From: Synechocystis sp. PCC 6803 substr. PCC-P
GTDB taxonomy: Bacteria; Cyanobacteriota; Cyanobacteriia; Cyanobacteriales; Microcystaceae
Direction: 5' to 3'
DNA length: 32,000 nucleotides
Assembly: GCF_000284455.1 (NCBI RefSeq)
Contig: NC_017039.1
Coordinates: 690,001-722,000 of the forward strand
Positions within the stretch are counted from its first letter, which is position 1. The number at the start of each line of letters is the position of its first letter. A program made the translations under genes and the position numbers. Under the pieces are notes generated by a model. It was not told the origin of the DNA. It ran no database searches and was given only the letters and a program-made list of their open reading frames with translations. This document shows, piece after piece, positions 9,072-18,290 of this stretch.

Positions 9072-10916
9072 ATGGTGAGTCATTGCCAAAGGGGGTCAGT
9101 CCAGTCCAGTCGTCCAGATGTGAAAAAAAGGGTTGCTTTTATTGGGCAGCCCAATACAGGTAAATCCACTTTCTTCAACCGGATCACCAAAGCCAATGCG
9201 GCGATCGCCAACTGGCCGGGGTTGACAGTGGACTTATTCCGGGCGGTGGTGCCGTTACAGGGGGAACTAATCGAGTTTGTTGATCTGCCGGGCATCTATG
9301 ACCTCAATGGCTTTTCCGAAGATGAACGGGTGGTGCAACGTTTCCTTGCTAACTATGCCGTCAATTTAGTGGTGGTGGTGGTGAACGCTGCCCAAATTGA
9401 CCGACAAATTCGTCTGCTCCTCCAGGTACAAACCCTAGGCATTCCGGCGATCACCCTCTTAAACCTGGCCGACGAAGCTAAGCGCTACGGAGTGCAAATT
9501 GACGTGGCTGCTCTCCAGGAACGGCTTGGTCTGCCGCTCTATCCCATCAGTGCAAAATACGGAACGGGTTGTAGTCGGGCCATGGATGCCATTGGTCGGG
9601 CGGTGAAGGATCAACCAGAAGCCTACCAAATCCCCAATCTGGTTAATGTTCTTTCCGATCACCCCGTGGCGATCGCCGACATGGAAACGGCCCTGGCCGG
9701 TGTGGTGCAGATGCCATCCCCCAATGCTCGTACCCTCACCAATGTCATTGACGGGGTGATGCTTCATCCCGTTTTTGGCCTACCCATCTTTTTCGCTTCT
9801 ATGTTTGGGGTATTTTGGGTAATTTGGCATGTGGGTTTGCCCAGCGCCGATCCCGTAGATGCGGTAACGGGTTGGGTGCAAAGCAATATTTTAGAGCCGT
9901 TATTTTCCCCCCTACCCACCATCCTGCAAGGACTGCTGTTGGACGGTATTTGGACTGGGTTTGCCGCCCTACTTTCCTTTGTCCCCTTGGTGGCGATCTT
10001 TTTCATTGTCATGGGAATCCTAGAGGGCAGTGGCTATCTTTCCCGGGCCGCGTATCTGATGGATGCCCTCATGGGGCGACTGGGGCTAGATGGACGGAGC
10101 TTTGTGCTGCAAATGATGGGTTTTGGCTGCAATGTCCCGGCCATTATGGGCACTAGGGTCATGCGTAGCCGGGGAATGCGACTTTTATCTATGTTAGTCA
10201 TTCCCTTTTCTCTCTGCTCTGCCCGCCTGCAAGTATTTGTTTTTATCCTGGCGGCTGTTATGCCCGGCACCCAAGGGGCGATCGCTCTGTTTTTACTGTA
10301 CTTAATGAGCTTTGTGGCTGCCTTCACCGTGGCCGCCATTCTAAGTCGTTTTCATTACTTCCAAGCCCGGGACCCCTTCGTATTAGAATTACCCCCCTAT
10401 CGTTTGCCCACCTTTAAGCAGGTATTTTTGCGAGTGTGGGGAGAAATGCGGGAGTTTGTTGCCCGTTTATCGATGTTTATGGTGATTGGTAGTAGCCTCA
10501 TTTGGTTTTTAACCAGCTTCCCCCAAGGTAGTACGGGTTTAGAAACCTTTGCGGGACGCATTGGCAGTGTTTTCCAACCATTAATGAATCCCTTGGGCAT
10601 CAATCCCTTTTTAACGATTTCTTTGATTTTTGGTTTTGTCGCCAAAGAAGTTCAAATAGCAGCCCTAACTGTTATTTATGGTCTCAACAACTCCGAAGCC
10701 GTCTCTGACCAAATCCACAGTACAGTAACCTTTGCCCAGGGTTTTAGCTACTGTTTATTTAGTTTGATCTATATTCCTTGCCTTACTACCCTTGGGGCGA
10801 TTTGGGGTGAAAGTAAATCCCTTGCCTACACTGCTATTTCTGTGGCTACTCCCCTGGTAACGGCCTGGCTATTTAGCTTTATTTTCTACCAAAGCTTTTC
10901 CTGGCTTGGTTGGTGA
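9072..10916 (+). CDS. feoB: Ferrous iron transporter FeoB
   Basis: The N-terminal G-domain has a G1 motif (GQPNTGKST) and a DLPG G3 motif. It is followed by a polytopic membrane domain. 614 aa. Confidence 0.95.
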   Translation: MVSHCQRGSVQSSRPDVKKRVAFIGQPNTGKSTFFNRITKANAAIANWPGLTVDLFRAVVPLQGELIEFVDLPGIYDLNGFSEDERVVQRFLANYAVNLVVVVVNAAQIDRQIRLLLQVQTLGIPAITLLNLADEAKRYGVQIDVAALQERLGLPLYPISAKYGTGCSRAMDAIGRAVKDQPEAYQIPNLVNVLSDHPVAIADMETALAGVVQMPSPNARTLTNVIDGVMLHPVFGLPIFFASMFGVFWVIWHVGLPSADPVDAVTGWVQSNILEPLFSPLPTILQGLLLDGIWTGFAALLSFVPLVAIFFIVMGILEGSGYLSRAAYLMDALMGRLGLDGRSFVLQMMGFGCNVPAIMGTRVMRSRGMRLLSMLVIPFSLCSARLQVFVFILAAVMPGTQGAIALFLLYLMSFVAAFTVAAILSRFHYFQARDPFVLELPPYRLPTFKQVFLRVWGEMREFVARLSMFMVIGSSLIWFLTSFPQGSTGLETFAGRIGSVFQPLMNPLGINPFLTISLIFGFVAKEVQIAALTVIYGLNNSEAVSDQIHSTVTFAQGFSYCLFSLIYIPCLTTLGAIWGESKSLAYTAISVATPLVTAWLFSFIFYQSFSWLGW

Positions 10917-11074
10917 AATTAATCATTAATTCACCCCCTGGGCACTCAAATGACGAGTTTTGTTTGGCAGTTTTCAGTTTAGTAAAGATGCAGGAAAACC
11001 TTTGATAAATGGAAGTGTCAACGCTTCAAACTAAGCTTACTTCCGTATCATAATAGTAGTTTTTGCTTGGACAA

Positions 11075-11111
11075 CCGGAGGGGGAGAGACCACTACATTT
11101 CCCCCGGTTTT
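11075..11111 (+). terminator. Putative intrinsic terminator downstream of feoB
   Basis: CCGG(A)GGGGGA at 11075-11085 pairs with TTTCCCCCGG at 11098-11107. That gives about 10 pairs including two G-U and one bulged A, with a 12-nt loop, followed by TTTT at 11108-11111. It lies 159 nt after the feoB stop. Confidence 0.45.
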
Positions 11112-11239
11112 ACGTAACGGTTTGATGACCCAGTTGAAAACCCTTGACAGCTCTTCAAGGCATAGCCACCCAATACGGAGGTTTTTTACTTGAGCTTTTG
11201 CCCACCTTGGATGGCTTGGGGAGCTTTACTCGGCCTATT

Positions 11240-11452
11240 CTACAGGCTATTTAACCAACCAATGACGCCGTGCCCTGTGACCACTTCCATAATAAGGAGG
11301 GAGGCAAAACCAATCATGGCGAAACGACCATTCATTTTTTCGGCGTATTTAGTCCAACCCGCTTGTACGGAAGAGTCGACGTAAACCTCTGGTTCGATGG
11401 CAAAGTTGTTGAGACGGTTGTCCTGATCCAAGCGGAAGCCACGGGTGGTCAT
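11240..11452 (-). CDS. hliA: High-light-inducible protein (one-helix CAB/ELIP/HLIP family)
   Basis: The 70-aa ORF has the chlorophyll-binding helix motif [16 protein letters not shown]. The symbol is inferred from size, strand and the neighbouring slr1393. Confidence 0.85.
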
Positions 11453-14369
11453 AATTGGATTACTCCTAGTAAAAGTCTATGTTAACTATTGTAACACTTT
11501 TTTAAGGAATGTAACAATGTCCCCTTCTTCCCATGGCACCGCAGTCCAACAGGCGATCGCCGATCAACTGTTGGAAATGATTCTCCAGTCCCAGGATTTA
11601 CATAATGCTTATCGACTGGTGGTGGAAGGATTACAGCGGGGTTTGGGGGTAGACCGGGTGTTGTTGGTGCAAAATGCAGTGTTCCCGAACCGTCAATCCC
11701 GCCTTGTGGCCCAGGCCATCGCTCCGGCCAGGGATATTATGCTTTTGGATGAACCCTGTGCCGATTGTCGTTGGCTCCATCTGCTGGGGCAGCTTCCCCA
11801 CTACGGGCTGTGGACAGTGTGGGAGGGGGAAGGTGAATTTGTCCAACTAGATCCGGTCCAGGGGGAATTTTGTCGAACTTTGGGGATTAAAAGTCTATTG
11901 CATTTGCCCTTGGTGATTAACCAGCGTCATTGGGGAGTTCTCAGTCTCCAATATCTCCACCAAGCCCGGCCCTGGCCCCTGGAGGATCAACAATTTGCCC
12001 AGCGCATTGCCCATCTATTCTGTTTGGGTTTGATGAAAACGGAGCTTTGGATTCATTGTCAGAACCATAAAAATGCGTTGCAGACTGTGGTGGCCGAGGG
12101 CCAGGTCCAAAGGGAAACCTACCTTAAATCCGCCCAACGGGAACGGGCCATTGCTGATGTTATCGATAAAATTCGCTTTGCCCTTGATCTACGCTCCCTC
12201 TTTCAAACTACGGTGACGGAGGTGCGGAAATTGTTGGTAGCAGACCGGGTAATGATTATTAAAGTTAGGCAGAATAAAAATTTTTCCTGGGGGGAAATTC
12301 AGGCGGAAGCCCAAACGGACGACAAGCTATGCCTCTTGCCTCCAAAGGAAAGAGTGCCTTTGTCATCGCGATGGATTGATCATTTTGCCAAGGGATTGAT
12401 TTTAGCCATGGATGACACCGACGATCAAAGGGCGGATTTCGATCAATCAATGTTGGCACTAGCCAAGGCTAATTTGGTGGTGCCCCTCTTTTCTGGCGAT
12501 CGCCTCTGGGGGGTATTGTCGGTGCATCAGTGTGATGGGCCCCGGGTGTGGGAAAGTTCGGACATCGAGTTTGCCCTCAAAATTGCCCTCAACTTAGGGG
12601 TGGCGTTACAACAGGCAGAATTATTGACCGAGTCCCAACGGCGATCGACCGCTCTCCAAAGTGCCCTGGGGGAAGTGGAAGCCCAAAAGGATTATCTCGC
12701 CCGCATTGCGGAGGAAGAACGGGCCCTCACTAGGGTGATTGAAGGCATTCGCCAAACGTTGGAGTTACAGAATATTTTTCGGGCCACCAGTGATGAGGTG
12801 CGTCATTTGCTCAGTTGTGACCGGGTGTTGGTCTATCGCTTTAATCCGGACTGGAGCGGGGAATTTATCCATGAGTCGGTGGCCCAAATGTGGGAACCAC
12901 TGAAAGACTTGCAAAATAATTTCCCCCTCTGGCAAGACACCTATCTCCAGGAAAATGAGGGGGGTCGTTACCGCAACCATGAGAGTTTGGCGGTGGGGGA
13001 CGTGGAAACAGCCGGTTTTACCGATTGCCATTTGGACAATTTGCGCCGGTTTGAAATTCGTGCCTTTTTAACTGTGCCAGTGTTTGTGGGGGAACAACTC
13101 TGGGGCCTGTTGGGGGCCTATCAAAATGGGGCTCCCCGCCATTGGCAAGCGAGGGAAATCCATTTGCTCCATCAAATTGCCAATCAGTTGGGCGTAGCAG
13201 TGTACCAAGCCCAGTTGCTGGCCCGCTTCCAAGAGCAGTCTAAAACCATGGAAAATACTCTGGCTGATCTGACGGCGATCGTTGATAACCTGGCCGATGG
13301 TCTATTGGTGATTGATCTATTTGGTCGCATTACCCGCTACAATCCGGCCCTGTTGGCCATGTTTGATCTGGAGGGCCTAGAACTATTGGGCGCGGGGGTG
13401 GATGCCTATTTCCCCGAGACTTTGAATCAGTTGTTAGCTAAACCGGAAAGGGAAGAGCAAAAACTGGTCACCGCTGATGTGGAATTAAGTCAGGGCCGCC
13501 AAGGACAAGCTTTGATCACTAGCATTACTTCCCATGAAAATGGCTGCGAATATCCCCAATGCCTGGGGGCGGTGATTATGATCCGGGATGTGACCCACGA
13601 GCGGGAAGTGGAGCGGATGAAAACGGATTTCTTGGCCACGGTGTCCCATGAATTACGTACTCCCCTCACTTCTATTTTGGGTTTTGCCACGGTAATTCAG
13701 GATAAATTAAACCGAGTGATTATCCCGGAGTTGGATTTGGCCCAGCCCCACCTTGGCAAGGCTACGGAACGGGTGATGCGGAATTTGGCCATCATTGAGT
13801 CGGAGGCCCAGCGCCTAACTGTTTTGATCAATGATGTGCTAGATATTGCCAAAATGGAAGCAGGACAGGAATCCTGGCAGGAACAACCCTGTGCCATTGG
13901 CCCCATTATTGAACGGGCGATCGCCACCATTACTCCCCAGGCTCAGAAGAAAAATATTAGTTTGCAAGGGGATTTGGAACCGGGTTTGCCTGATTTTATC
14001 GGAGACGAAAACCGGATTTTGCAGGTGGTGCTTAATTTACTCTCCAATGCGGTCAAATTCACCCCTAAGGGTTTAATCACTGCCCGTAGCCACTTTCACC
14101 AAAATTATCTCTGGGTAGAAATTATTGACCATGGCCCCGGTATCCATCCAGCGGACCAGGAGAAAATTTTCGAGCCGTTCCAACAGGGAGGGGGAGATGT
14201 GCTCACTGATAAACCCCAGGGTACGGGGTTAGGATTGCCCATTTGCAAAAAAATTGTTGAACACCACGGCGGTACCATTGGCGTTAATAGTAGTCTGGGT
14301 CGGGGTAGTACTTTCTATTTTTCCTTGCCTGTCCCAGTTCCTGCGGTGGAAACTTCCCCTGCTGTCTGA
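11445..14369 (+). CDS. slr1393: Multi-GAF sensor histidine kinase with a cyanobacteriochrome GAF domain (Slr1393-type)
   Basis: The ORF has three GAF-like regions, a PAS-like segment, an HisKA H-box ([16 protein letters not shown]) and HATPase N/G boxes (LLSNAVKF; [18 protein letters not shown]). The third GAF carries the bilin-binding DxCH motif ([12 protein letters not shown]). Its Cys codon at 13026-13028 is residue 528 of the 974-aa longest ORF, which matches the remembered Cys528. The longest ORF starts at a GTG overlapping the hliA start. ATG 11517 (M25) is a more plausible start. Confidence 0.93.
11478..11515 (-). promoter_or_regulatory. HLR1-type (RpaB-binding) repeat array upstream of hliA
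   Basis: The minus strand reads GTTACATT cc TTAAAAAA gt GTTACAAT ag TTAACATA. These are four 8-mers at 10-bp phasing, matching (G/T)TTACA(T/A)(T/A) at 8/8, 6/8, 8/8 and 7/8. The array ends 25 nt upstream of the hliA ATG. Confidence 0.65.
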
Positions 14370-14491
14370 AGTGGTAATCAGGTTATTTTTCCTTTGGTGC
14401 CCCTGGCCAACAACGGCGATCGCCTACGTTTAAGGTATGGTTGATCATGGTAGTCTAGCGAAGCCCGGCCTTCTTCCAGCCCGCATTACCT

Positions 14492-14947
14492 ATGCAAGAT
14501 TTTGGCGCAGTGTTCCACAACCAAGTGCTTTTGATTTCCCTGGCGGCCTGCTTCCTGGCCCAGGGCATCAAGGCGATCGTGGAAATTTTCCGCAACGGTA
14601 AAATCAATCTCCGTTCCCTCGTTTCCACCGGAGGAATGCCTAGTGCCCATTCTGCCTTAGTGGGGGCCTTGGCCACCGGGGTCGGTTTGCAAAAAGGCTG
14701 GGGCAGTAATGAATTTGCCATTGCTTGTTTATTTGCCGTCATTGTTATGTACGATGCGGCAGGAGTGAGACAGGCTGCCGGTAAACAGGCCCGTATCCTC
14801 AATCAGTTAATTGATGAACTTTTCCAGGAAGATCAAAGCTTGACGGAAGAACGGCTCAAAGAACTGCTGGGCCACACTCCAGTGCAGGTTTTTGCTGGTT
14901 TAGCATTGGGCATTGCCATCGCTTTCTTTGCCGTGCCAGCCCAGTGA
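14492..14947 (+). CDS. Divergent PAP2 / DUF212 membrane protein (acid phosphatase / vanadium haloperoxidase-related)
   Basis: The 151-aa ORF has family-typical motifs: GGMPSAHSALV, MYDAAGVR, GHTPVQV. Confidence 0.75.
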   Translation: MQDFGAVFHNQVLLISLAACFLAQGIKAIVEIFRNGKINLRSLVSTGGMPSAHSALVGALATGVGLQKGWGSNEFAIACLFAVIVMYDAAGVRQAAGKQARILNQLIDELFQEDQSLTEERLKELLGHTPVQVFAGLALGIAIAFFAVPAQ

Positions 14948-14971
14948 ACGGGAAATTAGGAGAGTAAATGA

Positions 14972-15166
14972 ATGGAAATTGTCCTTTTCCTAGCCACTAT
15001 TTTAATTATTGGTTTAGTACTAAGATGGTTTTTTAACGTAACAGCGGCAACCCTAAAAAATGGGGCTATTATCGCTATTATTTTGGTGGTGCTTTACGTC
15101 GGTTTTAAAATTACTCCCGCTGAAGTGTGGGAACAGGTGCAACAAATTTTCCAGGGCAAACGTTAA
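14972..15166 (+). CDS. Small hypothetical membrane protein (two predicted TM helices)
   Basis: The 64-aa ORF is preceded by GGAG about 9 nt upstream. It has two hydrophobic stretches (IVLFLATILIIGLVL; AIIAIILVVLYVGF). No homology was recognised. Confidence 0.5.
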   Translation: MEIVLFLATILIIGLVLRWFFNVTAATLKNGAIIAIILVVLYVGFKITPAEVWEQVQQIFQGKR

Positions 15167-15341
15167 AACTTAAATTGTTCGATCTAGGATGCTGTTGATA
15201 AAATTTTGCTTCACCGTCTTTATTTGAAAAGGTTGACAGTATTTTTAAAACCATTCTGGGCATCTGTTTAAAAAGCTTTATTTTGCTTCCTAAATCGACC
15301 TACTAAAGCTCTGGCAATACTGGGGGACGTTGCCTCTGTTT

Positions 15342-15359
15342 CCCCCCAAATTTGGGGGG
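15342..15359. repeat. Perfect 18-bp palindrome CCCCCCAAATTTGGGGGG between convergent genes
   Basis: Read directly from the sequence. A third G6 run follows at 15363-15368, then CTTTT. It lies between the 3' ends of the 14972-15166 (+) ORF and the TetR gene (-). Confidence 0.9.
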
Positions 15360-15408
15360 TCAGGGGGGCTTTTAAGACAATTTCTAAGGTTTTCCACTGG
15401 TTGATGAA

Positions 15409-16119
15409 TCACATTTTTTCTCCTTTAGCTAACACTCCGTTAAGAAAAATATCTGCTAAACCTTCCGCCATTTCTTGCAAAGCCTGGGGGGAAGCGTGGG
15501 GGTCAATCACCGTTTGTTCGGAAAAACCAGCCACCGCAAACATACCCAAAAAAACCTGGGCGACAATTTTGGGATTCATTCGCCGGTAAATGCCTCGGTC
15601 CATGGCGGTTTGGAAAAAGGCTTCCGCCACATCGGTCATTTTGTCGATAATTTCCGACTGGATTTTTTCCCGTAGCTCCGGGTGATATTGGGCTTCCACA
15701 AAGCACACTTGCAATAGATATTTGTTTTCCCGCAAATGGAACATCCGCCGTTTCATCACCTGGGCGATCGCCTTGTAACTGCCCATCTCGCTTAATTCAG
15801 TCAATAAATCGGTGAGAATTTCCACCCAGCCGGCGGTGGCCACTTCCACCAAAATGGCCTTCTTATTGGTGAAATAACGGAATAGCGTTCCTTCGGCCAC
15901 GTTGGCTGCCTGGGCCAAATCCTTTGTGGTAGTACCTTCGTAACCCTTAGTGCCAAATAATTTCAAAGCTCCCTTCAAAATGCGATCATGGGTGGAAGCT
16001 TCGGCCGGATTGGTAAAGGTCGATGGGGCGATTGAATACTTGTTGCTCTGCACGGACTTTACCTCTAAATTCACCGAGCTATTACTGTTATTGTGCGGGA
16101 AAAATCCCGATCGCCTCAC
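15409..16119 (-). CDS. TetR/AcrR-family transcriptional regulator
   Basis: There is an N-terminal HTH (GYEGTTTKDLAQAANVAEGTLFRYFTNKKAIL) and a helical C-terminal ligand domain. The first roughly 40 aa of the track ORF may be upstream of the real start. Confidence 0.88.
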   Translation of the reverse strand: MRRSGFFPHNNSNSSVNLEVKSVQSNKYSIAPSTFTNPAEASTHDRILKGALKLFGTKGYEGTTTKDLAQAANVAEGTLFRYFTNKKAILVEVATAGWVEILTDLLTELSEMGSYKAIAQVMKRRMFHLRENKYLLQVCFVEAQYHPELREKIQSEIIDKMTDVAEAFFQTAMDRGIYRRMNPKIVAQVFLGMFAVAGFSEQTVIDPHASPQALQEMAEGLADIFLNGVLAKGEKM

Positions 16120-16156
16120 TGGTCAACAGAAATCTTCATAATTCCGAGCTTTTTCC

Positions 16157-17233
16157 ATGAAACGTCCCACCCTCTACTGTGCAATTACCGGCCATGGTTT
16201 TGGCCATGCGGTGCGGACTGCTTGCATTGCCCGCCGGGTCCAGGAACTTTGCCCTGATGCGTTGATAATCATGGCTACCCGTAGCCCCCGTTGGTTGCTG
16301 GAGTGTTATTTGGAAAAACCCTTTATTCACCGCCCAGTGGCTTTTGATGTTGGCGTGGTACAGGCAGATAGTTTACAGATGGATGAAAAGGCGACCCTGC
16401 AAGCTTTACAGGATATTTACAAGCGGGAAAATGCCCTGGTGGCCACGGAGTCTAACTATTTACGGAACAATCGGGTGGATCTAGTGCTGGCGGACATTCC
16501 GGCCCTGGCAGTGGCGATCGCCCATCGAGCAAATATTCCCTGTTGGATGAGTAGTAATTTCGGTTGGAATTTTATCTATCGAGATTTTAGTGATCAATTT
16601 GGGGTAGTGATTGAGAAAATTGAACGGGATTATCGCCAATGTGATTTATTATTCCGGTTGCCCTTATCGGAACCGATGGAAATTTTCCCCTATCAAATCC
16701 AAGCTGGCTTACTGGGGGGCGGTCCTCAATATGGGGAGCAGAGTTTAAGAAATACCTTTGCCATTAAAACTGCTAAGGAAAAAACTATTTTGCTCACCTT
16801 TGGGGGTTTAGGTTTAGAGGCTATTCCCTACCAAGTATTAACTCAATTTCCCGACCATCAATTTATTACCTTTGACATCCAAGCTCCTAAGTTAGATAAC
16901 CTGACCATTATCAATGATAAAACCTATCGCCCGGTGGATTTAATGCCCCTTTGCGGACGGGTATTTTCCAAGCCTGGTTTTGGTACCTTTGCTGAAGCGT
17001 TAAAGTTAGAAGTCCCGATTATTTCCCTCACCAGGGATGGTTTTGCGGAAGCGCAAGTTTTACTGGCAGGTTTGCAGAACTACGGAGAGCACCAAATTGT
17101 GCCCCACCAGCAATTTTTCGCCGGCAACTGGGATTTTTTGTTGGAAAGCCCCCAAAAACCTAGGTTGGATCAGAAGTTAGACAAACATGGCGATCGCCAG
17201 ATAGCAGAAAAAATCGTCGCCCAAATTAGTTGA
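16157..17233 (+). CDS. Putative GT-B fold glycosyltransferase (MurG/GT28-like)
   Basis: The 358-aa ORF has an N-terminal ITGHGFGHAVR glycine-rich loop and a C-terminal FSKPGFGTFAEAL...VPII motif, both typical of GT1/GT28 enzymes. The functional call is tentative. Confidence 0.6.
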   Translation: MKRPTLYCAITGHGFGHAVRTACIARRVQELCPDALIIMATRSPRWLLECYLEKPFIHRPVAFDVGVVQADSLQMDEKATLQALQDIYKRENALVATESNYLRNNRVDLVLADIPALAVAIAHRANIPCWMSSNFGWNFIYRDFSDQFGVVIEKIERDYRQCDLLFRLPLSEPMEIFPYQIQAGLLGGGPQYGEQSLRNTFAIKTAKEKTILLTFGGLGLEAIPYQVLTQFPDHQFITFDIQAPKLDNLTIINDKTYRPVDLMPLCGRVFSKPGFGTFAEALKLEVPIISLTRDGFAEAQVLLAGLQNYGEHQIVPHQQFFAGNWDFLLESPQKPRLDQKLDKHGDRQIAEKIVAQIS

Positions 17234-17234
17234 T
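17186..17234 (+). repeat. Left copy of the island-flanking direct repeat (the functional 3' end of the glycosyltransferase gene)
   Basis: These 49 bp align to 20067-20146 with 47/49 identities plus 18-bp and 13-bp indels. The repeat begins at a HIP1 site (GCGATCGC, 17190-17197). Confidence 0.85.
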
Positions 17235-17363
17235 TTTGTCCCCCAACTCGGAAAAAGTCAGGGGATTTTGGTAAACCATAAACCTGGGGTTAACCTCTGG
17301 GAAGCCGTTCATGGTTGTTCATGCCGTATGCTTTTACGATCTAAATGCTATCTGACACCTCCG

Positions 17364-17392
17364 TTGACTTAATAAAACTTAATCCAAATAAT
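17364..17392 (+). promoter_or_regulatory. Candidate sigma70-type promoter facing the cassette array
   Basis: TTGACT at 17364-17369, a 17-nt spacer, then AATAAT at 17387-17392. This sits about 130 bp upstream of the first cassette boundary. It is a sequence match only. Confidence 0.3.
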
Positions 17393-17538
17393 TTGACTTA
17401 GTGGTTCTTTTCAGGCATTCTCTCAGCATTAGAAGGCTGAGTATGGGTTTTAATGCTGTTTATCCTTACAAGTTAAGTGATAAATGTGCATTAAGGATTC
17501 CCATTGCAGTCTAATTACTGGTTAGCTGCAAATAAAAA

Positions 17539-18156
17539 ATGAAAAAACCAGATATTGATGTGTATTGCAATGTAATGGAAGAAATCAAGCGACGAACAGG
17601 CGTTATCGATTTTTTTCTATCTGGTAATGGTCACGCTTTATGTGAACCTACAACACTGGAATCAATTGCGCTGCAAATCAGGAAAATCCTAGAGCTAATA
17701 GCTATGGCGTCACTTGTAGCAAACGAAAAAGAATACAAAAAGGTATATTCCAATTTTGCCAGCGCATGGAATGCAGAATATTTACTAAAAGACTTAGGCA
17801 GAATTAATCCTGATTTTTACCCTAAACCAGTCGTAGAGAAACTTTCTGATGACCCTAAAGTAAAAAATCGCCTAGCAGATCGTGACGAAGACTATCTAAC
17901 CAAAAATGAATTTATAAAAGTTTACAAGAAATGTGGCGCAATCATGCATGCGAGCAATCCGATGGGTCGCAAAATAGGCTATGAATACTACAAAAAGAAC
18001 ATTCCAGAATGGAGACAGAAGATAATAAACCTCCTAAACAACCACCAAATTAAGTTATTTAATCACTCTGGCTTTTATCTAATTCATATGAAAGAAGATC
18101 GTGATGATAAGGTACATTTTTATGAATTCGACCTTGTGCAAACCACAAGCAGCTAA
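17539..18156 (+). CDS. Cassette 1 ORF, hypothetical protein (205 aa), no recognised domain
   Basis: The ATG lies 12 nt after the cassette boundary. The stop codon (18154-18156) is embedded in the attC inverse core. The gene is AT-rich and the protein is Lys/Glu/Tyr-rich. Confidence 0.7.
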   Translation: MKKPDIDVYCNVMEEIKRRTGVIDFFLSGNGHALCEPTTLESIALQIRKILELIAMASLVANEKEYKKVYSNFASAWNAEYLLKDLGRINPDFYPKPVVEKLSDDPKVKNRLADRDEDYLTKNEFIKVYKKCGAIMHASNPMGRKIGYEYYKKNIPEWRQKIINLLNNHQIKLFNHSGFYLIHMKEDRDDKVHFYEFDLVQTTSS

Positions 18157-18222
18157 CAAAACGCTCGTTCGAGCGCAAACTACAATGCGCTTCGTTTGCG
18201 CTGCACAGCTTCAACGTTCGGC
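18151..18222 (+). other. attC site 1 (72 bp)
   Basis: R'' is AGCTAAC and R' is GTTCGGC. The stem GCGCAAAC (18173-18180) pairs with GTTTGCGC (18194-18201) and extends with bulged G18171 and C18166. About 5-nt unpaired spacers sit next to the R boxes. The L''-like GTTCGAGC resembles class 1 attC L boxes. Confidence 0.72.
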
Positions 18223-18290
18223 GGGCTTGCTTGCCAGCACTCTTTTCATTAAAATAGTATAGCAGTCTGTATTATCGGCATTCAACTCTG

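Noticed and set aside
18163-18174. GCTCGTTCGAGC palindrome inside attC1 as a separate regulatory site
   Set aside because: A 5-bp stem with a 2-nt loop is not a viable hairpin. The bases are better explained as the L'' arm of the attC1 stem pairing with 18202-18209.
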